The translations under genes and the position numbers were made by a program. Below are positions 58,364 to 64,000 of a DNA stretch of 64,000 nucleotides, one piece after another. The stretch comes from Candidatus Micrarchaeia archaeon (GTDB lineage: Archaea > Micrarchaeota > Micrarchaeia > CABMEP01): assembly GCA_038886535.1 (NCBI GenBank), contig JAVZXS010000001.1, forward strand, positions 100,954 to 164,953. The letters are read 5' to 3'. The notes below the pieces were generated by a model. The model was not told the origin of the DNA. It saw only the letters and a list, made by a program, of their open reading frames with translations, and did not search any database. Numbering within the stretch: position 1 is the first letter of the stretch; each line of letters begins with the position of its first letter.

Positions 58364-58383
58364 GTTATTCTTAGTGTGATTAT

Positions 58384-59715
58384 ATGTCAGTAGAAGAGAT
58401 CGTTCATAAGAGACTTGAACTTATAGAAAAAAGAGATAAGGAAATAAACGCATTTATAGAGGTATATTCAAATGAAGCAATAGAGGCAGCAAGAAGAATC
58501 GATAAAAAAATTAAGGAAGGAAATGCAGGCTCTCTTGCAGGCCTTATAATCGGAATAAAGAACAACATAGCATACAAAGGAAAGTTGCTTACCTGTGGTT
58601 CAAATATGCTCAGAGGACACAAAGCAACTTACAATGCGACTGTTGTAGAAAAATTATTGAATGCTGACGCAGTAATCATAGGTTCATTAAATATGGACGA
58701 ATTTGCATGCGGCAGCGATGGCACATTCAGTGCATTTAAAATAACAAAAAACCCGTTAGATTTAGAAAGGGTACCTGGCGGTTCTTCTTCTGGTAGTGGG
58801 GCAGCAGTAGCAGCAGGTTTCTGTGACGCAGCTCTTGGAAGCGATACTGGTGGCTCAGTCAGATGCCCTGCTGCATTCTGTAATTTGTATGGTCTTAAGC
58901 CAACATATGGAATGGTTTCAAGATACGGCCTTGTTGACATGGCTATGTCTTTGGATCAGATAGGCATAATATCAAAGGATAAGGAAGTGATGAGAAAGGT
59001 TTTCCATGTAATAAGAGGAACAGATGCTTATGACCAGACAACACAGCTTGCAGATAAAATGATATCAAGCGAAAAACCAGTAGCAGAGATAAAAAGGATA
59101 GGAATTCCTAAAGAGTTCTTTAATTCAATTGATCCGAGGATAGAAAAGGCAGTAAGAGATAAAATAAAACAACTAGAATCAGATTTTGAAATCATAGAAG
59201 TATCGATTCCAACTTTAAATTACACAGTTCCTATTTATCAGTTGGTGATGGCAGCAGAGCTGTCTTCAGCGCTTCAAAAATTTGACGGATTGAGGTATGG
59301 TTATTCTGCAGATAGAAATGAGGATCTTTATTCCGCGTTCTCTAAAGTAAGAGGAGCAGCTTTCGGGAAAGAGATAAAGAGAAGGATAATGATAGGCACA
59401 TACATCACCATGAAGGAATTTAAGGATGCATGGTATAGCAGGGCGCTTAAGGCAAGAGAGAAAATGAAATTAGAATTTGCTAGGGTGATGAAAGAGGTTG
59501 ACATTCTTGCAGGTCCTGCAATGCCAACTCCACCATGGAAGTTCGGAGAAAAAATGAATCCATTAGAAATGTATGCAGCAGATACATTGACAATAGCAGC
59601 GAATCTTACAGGTCTTCCAGCAATAGTATCTCCACTTTCACAGAATATTTTTGACGGTGCAATTCAGTATTATGGAAGGCATTTTGAAGACGATGCTTTA
59701 TTAAATATTGCATAA
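58384..59715 (+). CDS. gatA: Asp/Glu-tRNA amidotransferase subunit A
   Basis: IKNNI, NMDEFA, PGGSSSGS, GSDTGGSVRCPA amidase signature. Confidence 0.96.
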   Translation: MSVEEIVHKRLELIEKRDKEINAFIEVYSNEAIEAARRIDKKIKEGNAGSLAGLIIGIKNNIAYKGKLLTCGSNMLRGHKATYNATVVEKLLNADAVIIGSLNMDEFACGSDGTFSAFKITKNPLDLERVPGGSSSGSGAAVAAGFCDAALGSDTGGSVRCPAAFCNLYGLKPTYGMVSRYGLVDMAMSLDQIGIISKDKEVMRKVFHVIRGTDAYDQTTQLADKMISSEKPVAEIKRIGIPKEFFNSIDPRIEKAVRDKIKQLESDFEIIEVSIPTLNYTVPIYQLVMAAELSSALQKFDGLRYGYSADRNEDLYSAFSKVRGAAFGKEIKRRIMIGTYITMKEFKDAWYSRALKAREKMKLEFARVMKEVDILAGPAMPTPPWKFGEKMNPLEMYAADTLTIAANLTGLPAIVSPLSQNIFDGAIQYYGRHFEDDALLNIA

Positions 59716-59725
59716 AAGTGAGAAG

Positions 59726-61123
59726 ATGAGTGAGAAGGACTTGGACATTGTAATAGGGCTTGAAATTCATATTCAGCTTAAAACAAAAAGCAAACTTTTC
59801 TGTAGATGTCCAACAGATTATAGGGATAAGCCAGAGAATACAAACATATGTCCAATATGCACTGGGCAGCCAGGTACGAAGCCATTGGGACTTAATTCTC
59901 ATGCATTGGATCAGCTTCTAAAGATAGGCATCGCATTGAATTGTAAATTCGTTGATTCTTCAGTGATCCAGAGAAAGCATTACTTTTATCCAGATCTTCC
60001 TACTGGATTTCAGAGAACATCTAAACCAATAGGTGTAGATGGAAAACTAGGAAAGGTAAGGATTAGAGAGATTCACATAGAAGAAGATCCAGGAAGGTAT
60101 GAATTAAGAGAAGGAACTGTTGATTACAATAGAGCAAACGTGCCTCTTATTGAGATTGTTACAGAGCCAGATATGAAATCTCCTGCAGATGCCAGGGATT
60201 TTCTAGACGAACTTGATGCTATTCTCAATTACCTTGATGCTGGAAGAGACGAGCCAGGTTCCATTAGAGTAGATGCAAATATAAGTCTCAATGGAGGAAC
60301 AAGGGTAGAGATAAAAAACATTAATTCATTTAAGGGAGTGTATGATGCGTTGAATTATGAAATCATAAGACAACAAAACATCCTTAGGCATGGAGGTACA
60401 ATAGTAAGAGAAACAAGGCATTTCGATGAATCAACCGGAACAACAACATCTCTTAGAAAGAAAGAGACAGAGGATGATTATAGATATATGCCAGATCCTG
60501 ATGTACCACCAGTTATCATAAGTGAGGAAAGAATATCAGAAATCAAAAAAGAAATGCCAGAACTTCCAAGGGCAAAGGCTGCAAGATTTGAAACTCAATA
60601 TAAGATAAAAAGCGATGACGCATGGATCCTATCAATGGATATGCATCTTGCAAGACTCTTTGAAGAAATGGTCTTTAAGGTGGAATCAAAAGGAACTATA
60701 ATAGAGGCACAGAAAATTGCATCTTGGATAAGGGGACCGCTCAAAAAGCAGTTGAACTATAGGAATCTTTCATACAGCGATTCAGGATTAAATTCAGAAT
60801 GGCTTTCTGACTTATTTATTATGTTCTATAAAGGAGATCTTACAGACAGAGGAACAGAACAAGTTCTAATAAAGATGATAGAGACAAAGGAAAACCCATC
60901 AAAGATTGCGTCTGATCTTAATCTCCTTAAAATAAGTGACATATCTGAACTTGAAAAGATAATAGATAAAATTATCTTATCTCAGGAGAAAGCAGTCCAG
61001 GACTACTTAAGTGGTAATGAGAAGACACTAAACTTCCTTATAGGTCAAGTAATAAAAGAGACAAAAGGAAGAGCAGACTCAAAAGTTGTTAAGGAGTTGA
61101 TACTACAAAGGCTTAAAAGATAA
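59726..61123 (+). CDS. gatB: Asp/Glu-tRNA amidotransferase subunit B
   Basis: IGLEIHIQL, RKHYFYPDLP, HIEED, EIVTEPD, RVDANIS, YRYMPDPD. Confidence 0.96.
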   Translation: MSEKDLDIVIGLEIHIQLKTKSKLFCRCPTDYRDKPENTNICPICTGQPGTKPLGLNSHALDQLLKIGIALNCKFVDSSVIQRKHYFYPDLPTGFQRTSKPIGVDGKLGKVRIREIHIEEDPGRYELREGTVDYNRANVPLIEIVTEPDMKSPADARDFLDELDAILNYLDAGRDEPGSIRVDANISLNGGTRVEIKNINSFKGVYDALNYEIIRQQNILRHGGTIVRETRHFDESTGTTTSLRKKETEDDYRYMPDPDVPPVIISEERISEIKKEMPELPRAKAARFETQYKIKSDDAWILSMDMHLARLFEEMVFKVESKGTIIEAQKIASWIRGPLKKQLNYRNLSYSDSGLNSEWLSDLFIMFYKGDLTDRGTEQVLIKMIETKENPSKIASDLNLLKISDISELEKIIDKIILSQEKAVQDYLSGNEKTLNFLIGQVIKETKGRADSKVVKELILQRLKR

Positions 61124-61129
61124 ATTATG

Positions 61130-61789
61130 TTAGATTGTTTCCTGTTTTGTTGCTTGGATTATTCCAACCACTTTTCCAGTGTTGGATATCATTACTATTA
61201 ATCCATAGTTAGTTGATTCCGAAGTCCATTTTACTATCCATACATCCGAGTATGGTTTCTTTTCTATTGGATCAAGATATTCTGAGTAGAATTTAGCTGA
61301 TGCCTTTGCATTTGAATATGTGTTTATGAATCTGTTGACAACATCTGTCCCTTCAAGAGTATGTGATGCGATTATTGCTTCTTCAGGTGTTCCAAGTATG
61401 CAGTTTGCTATTCCTTTGCAGACCTCGCAATTCTTAGTTATGTATTCTGGTGGGGTTTCTATGAATCCTCTTCTTGGATAATCATAATAAACATTCATTC
61501 TTACTGGGCATGGTGATGAGTAGTTGAAGGTAACTCTTGTCTTGATCTGCCATGTGTTGTTTGCTTCACCAGGTTTCATTTCCAATATCTCTTTTATATC
61601 TGCATCTGGATATTTCGAATTCAAATCGTCAAGCACAAACTTTTTAACCTCATCTGCATTAAGCGTAGTCGTTTTACTTGATTGCAAACATCCAAACATG
61701 AATACCGAATAGATTATGAGACTAATTATCCAAATTTTATTCATTGAAAATTTGTCCATATTAACCATCCAGTTGTCAATAGTTGTCAA
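61130..61789 (-). CDS. Putative lipoprotein
   Basis: Basic/hydrophobic N-terminus ending FGC lipobox; paired Cys; true start probably the second or third Met. Confidence 0.65.
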   Translation of the reverse strand: MTTIDNWMVNMDKFSMNKIWIISLIIYSVFMFGCLQSSKTTTLNADEVKKFVLDDLNSKYPDADIKEILEMKPGEANNTWQIKTRVTFNYSSPCPVRMNVYYDYPRRGFIETPPEYITKNCEVCKGIANCILGTPEEAIIASHTLEGTDVVNRFINTYSNAKASAKFYSEYLDPIEKKPYSDVWIVKWTSESTNYGLIVMISNTGKVVGIIQATKQETI

Positions 61790-61892
61790 TTATATATTAA
61801 AGAGAATGAAATAAAAGTTTAACGTTTTTAACTCATAGATTCATTTTTTTGTTTTAATTTGTTAATTTTTTGTTGGTTATGAGTTAACATAG

Positions 61893-62435
61893 TTAAAGTG
61901 GTATCTCTCCAAAGTAGTTCTTGAATTTTTGTGTAAGCTTTAGTATTTTCGAGCGCCCTTTTGTTTCAGTTATAATGTACCCTTTCTGCTTAAGTTCTGC
62001 AACAGCATCATAAACAGAAGTACCTAGCATTTTTACTATTTTTGATTGCAATATCCCATTGTTCTTTGCCACAACAGCTAAGACTCTTATTGCACGCTTT
62101 GATAATTCGGTTTCCTGCACAATCGGACTAACTATTTCAGTATATTCAGGCTTTAATCTCATAAGATAACTTTTATCAACCTTTACTATTTCCAGCCAAC
62201 TTTTCCTTGATGCATACCAATGTTGAAGATTTGAAACCGCTTCTTTTATAGAATAAAGATCAGCATTTGTAAGCTTCTGCAAATCAGTTATGCTAACTGC
62301 CTTTGCAGCCATAAATAATATTGCTTCTATTTTCTGCTCTAAATTTGTAATATTATGATCGGCAACTAGCATTTCTTGTTCTGTTTCTTTTACTTTTATT
62401 TCTTCTTGTTTCTTCTCTGTTGTCTCTTCTTCCAT
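61893..62435 (-). CDS. scpB: SMC-Scp complex subunit ScpB
   Basis: IEAILF, LS..A..VLAVVA, I.QS.I, L..T.KF..YFG winged-helix tandem. Confidence 0.9.
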   Translation of the reverse strand: MEEETTEKKQEEIKVKETEQEMLVADHNITNLEQKIEAILFMAAKAVSITDLQKLTNADLYSIKEAVSNLQHWYASRKSWLEIVKVDKSYLMRLKPEYTEIVSPIVQETELSKRAIRVLAVVAKNNGILQSKIVKMLGTSVYDAVAELKQKGYIITETKGRSKILKLTQKFKNYFGEIPL

Positions 62436-62444
62436 TATCGCACC

Positions 62445-63194
62445 TTATTCTTCTTCAAATTTTAGATTAGGATCTAATTTCTGTATGATTATATCTCCAA
62501 AAAATTCTTCTTGGTCAACTGTAATTTTGTTTTTTTGACAAAGATGTAATAAAGGTAAGAGTGTAAGAACCGTTTCTTTCGGTCCTTTTTTATTCATCAG
62601 TTTAAGTAATTCAGAAAATAAAATCATTCCGTTTTCATCACAGTATTTAGATATAGATTCGTATACACTTTTAGTTTCTTTCTCAATGTCGTACTCAGGC
62701 GGTTTGAACTCAAGTACTGTAGGTAAGACAATTCTTTCTTTTTCTCTTTTCGCTTCTATTTTTATTGCATCTTCAAGAGCGCTTATTAAATCAGGAAGTG
62801 TTATTGCTCTTTTCGGTTGCATTCTCATTCTAAGCTGAATCATCTCTAAAGGTGCAGATTCGACTCCTTCCTCAATGTACACCTCTTCTATTGATGGTTC
62901 AGGTTCTTCAAATTGGAATGCCTGTGCTTTAAATCTCAATAATATAGAAGCTGCTAGGATAACGTTTGCAGGTATGTGCAGATCATAAATCTTCATCTTT
63001 CTTATCTTTTCTATGTAACTATTTGTAACCACTGAGATGTCGATGTTCCATGGATCAAGGTTATTAGAATCCACGATCTCAAGAAGCATTTCTCTCCAAG
63101 TAGGCTTATGTACTAATTCTTCTATCTGTTCAATAGATGATGGGTTGAATCCAACAATTCCTTCGTCTTCTTTTATGAAACTTTCGGTCGCCAT
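62445..63194 (-). CDS. scpA: Kleisin ScpA
   Basis: LDPWNIDI, VILAASILLRFKA, LLPLLHL..KNKI..DQEEFFGDI. Confidence 0.92.
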   Translation of the reverse strand: MATESFIKEDEGIVGFNPSSIEQIEELVHKPTWREMLLEIVDSNNLDPWNIDISVVTNSYIEKIRKMKIYDLHIPANVILAASILLRFKAQAFQFEEPEPSIEEVYIEEGVESAPLEMIQLRMRMQPKRAITLPDLISALEDAIKIEAKREKERIVLPTVLEFKPPEYDIEKETKSVYESISKYCDENGMILFSELLKLMNKKGPKETVLTLLPLLHLCQKNKITVDQEEFFGDIIIQKLDPNLKFEEE

Positions 63195-63330
63195 GAATAC
63201 ACCTATTTAATCTGCCTCATGAATATCTTAAGTCAAATGCTTTTAAATTTAACCATTTTTAGATTCCACTGTAATGGTCATCCATCTTTGCCAATTAATA
63301 CAATTACTACTTTTTATTATTATAAATATA

Positions 63331-63822
63331 TTATTGATTTTTTTCCTCTTTTTCTTTCGAATAGATTTCCATTTGTTTTCTTTTATTTAATTCATCTAAT
63401 TTCTTTGCAAGTTCCTCTCTTTTCTTTTGAATTATTTCTGTTTTTTCTTGTATTGAAATTATGAAATAACTCAATGTTTCGGGTGTCAATTCTATAAATG
63501 TTTCATGAGTATTTTTATCATAAAAAGCAACCCTTTTTAAATCGTAAAATAATCTCCCTCTTATAAGTTTGCATTTGACAGATGCATTAAAATTCGAACC
63601 AGTTATTTCATTTTTCCATTCTTTTATTGGTGTATATTCAATTATTCTATATATTCCTGGCCCAATTTTTACAGTGTCACCTATTCTGACATTAATTTCT
63701 TCATCTCCTCTTTTAACAACCATTATTGGTTCTGATTTTCCTTCGAATTTAAAAGTAGGTTTAGTATTAGATTTTGTTATTTTAATAGTTATGCCTGATT
63801 TAACCTTTTCATTATATTCCAT
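63331..63822 (-). CDS. Hypothetical protein
   Basis: 163-aa ORF, C-terminal coiled coil. Confidence 0.6.
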   Translation of the reverse strand: MEYNEKVKSGITIKITKSNTKPTFKFEGKSEPIMVVKRGDEEINVRIGDTVKIGPGIYRIIEYTPIKEWKNEITGSNFNASVKCKLIRGRLFYDLKRVAFYDKNTHETFIELTPETLSYFIISIQEKTEIIQKKREELAKKLDELNKRKQMEIYSKEKEEKNQ

Positions 63823-64000
63823 ATTCTCACTTTGCTATATAGGGATTTTAATAAAATTTAACTAAGAATAACATCCAAATCAAGTATTTATATATTTCCA
63901 TAAAGGATAATTTTAATTTAAAATTAAAAATAAAGATTTCTGTCTATAAAGATATTCCACCGAAAATTCTATCTATTATGAATCTTCCAACATAAAATAC

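Noticed and set aside
2555-63865. Numerous short antisense or overlapping ORFs in the track (e.g. 2555-2905, 4105-4548, 14790-15290, 22301-22681)
   Set aside because: They lie opposite or inside well-supported genes and have no recognisable motifs; typical shadow ORFs of AT-rich DNA.
1-64000. Alternative genetic code (e.g. TGA readthrough suggested by the C34-A mismatch in pre-tRNA-Trp)
   Set aside because: TGA, TAA and TAG all terminate full-length conserved genes (alaS, dus, slyD), and no in-frame stops interrupt them.

Overview
Archaeal chromosome segment, most consistent with a DPANN (Micrarchaeota-like) genome. This is inferred from the form III RuBisCO, archaeal ProRS/IleRS/aIF5B/RFC/CCA enzyme, short AlaRS, GGGP synthase, intron-containing tRNAs and dense gene packing. 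The genetic code is standard (TAA, TAG and TGA all end genes). Most of the window is housekeeping: translation, tRNA maturation, DNA repair and gatCAB. It has 6 tRNA genes, two with 37/38 introns. Two AT-rich accessory blocks stand out. One is a translationally coupled operon of a degenerate RibB-like gene plus a TPP-dependent E1 alpha/beta pair (13.6-16.1 kb). The other is a complete type I-B CRISPR-Cas locus (36.2-46.5 kb; 31 repeats, 30 spacers). Highlights not in the ORF track: (1) an intergenic C/D box sRNA whose guide fits 23S Gm2251; (2) a 135-nt tRNA-Trp intron with C/D guides for positions 34 and 39 in an apparently permuted box order; (3) a hidden in-frame Cas11 start inside cas8; (4) spacers 8 and 14, which overlap in opposite orientation and, with spacer 13, translate to D5/P4 primase-helicase-like motifs; (5) three tandem deoxynucleoside-kinase paralogs; (6) a protease-less, Zn-ribbon Lon-type ATPase; (7) an mscL that seems to need an ATT start. 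All family assignments are from motif recognition by eye; no database searches were run.
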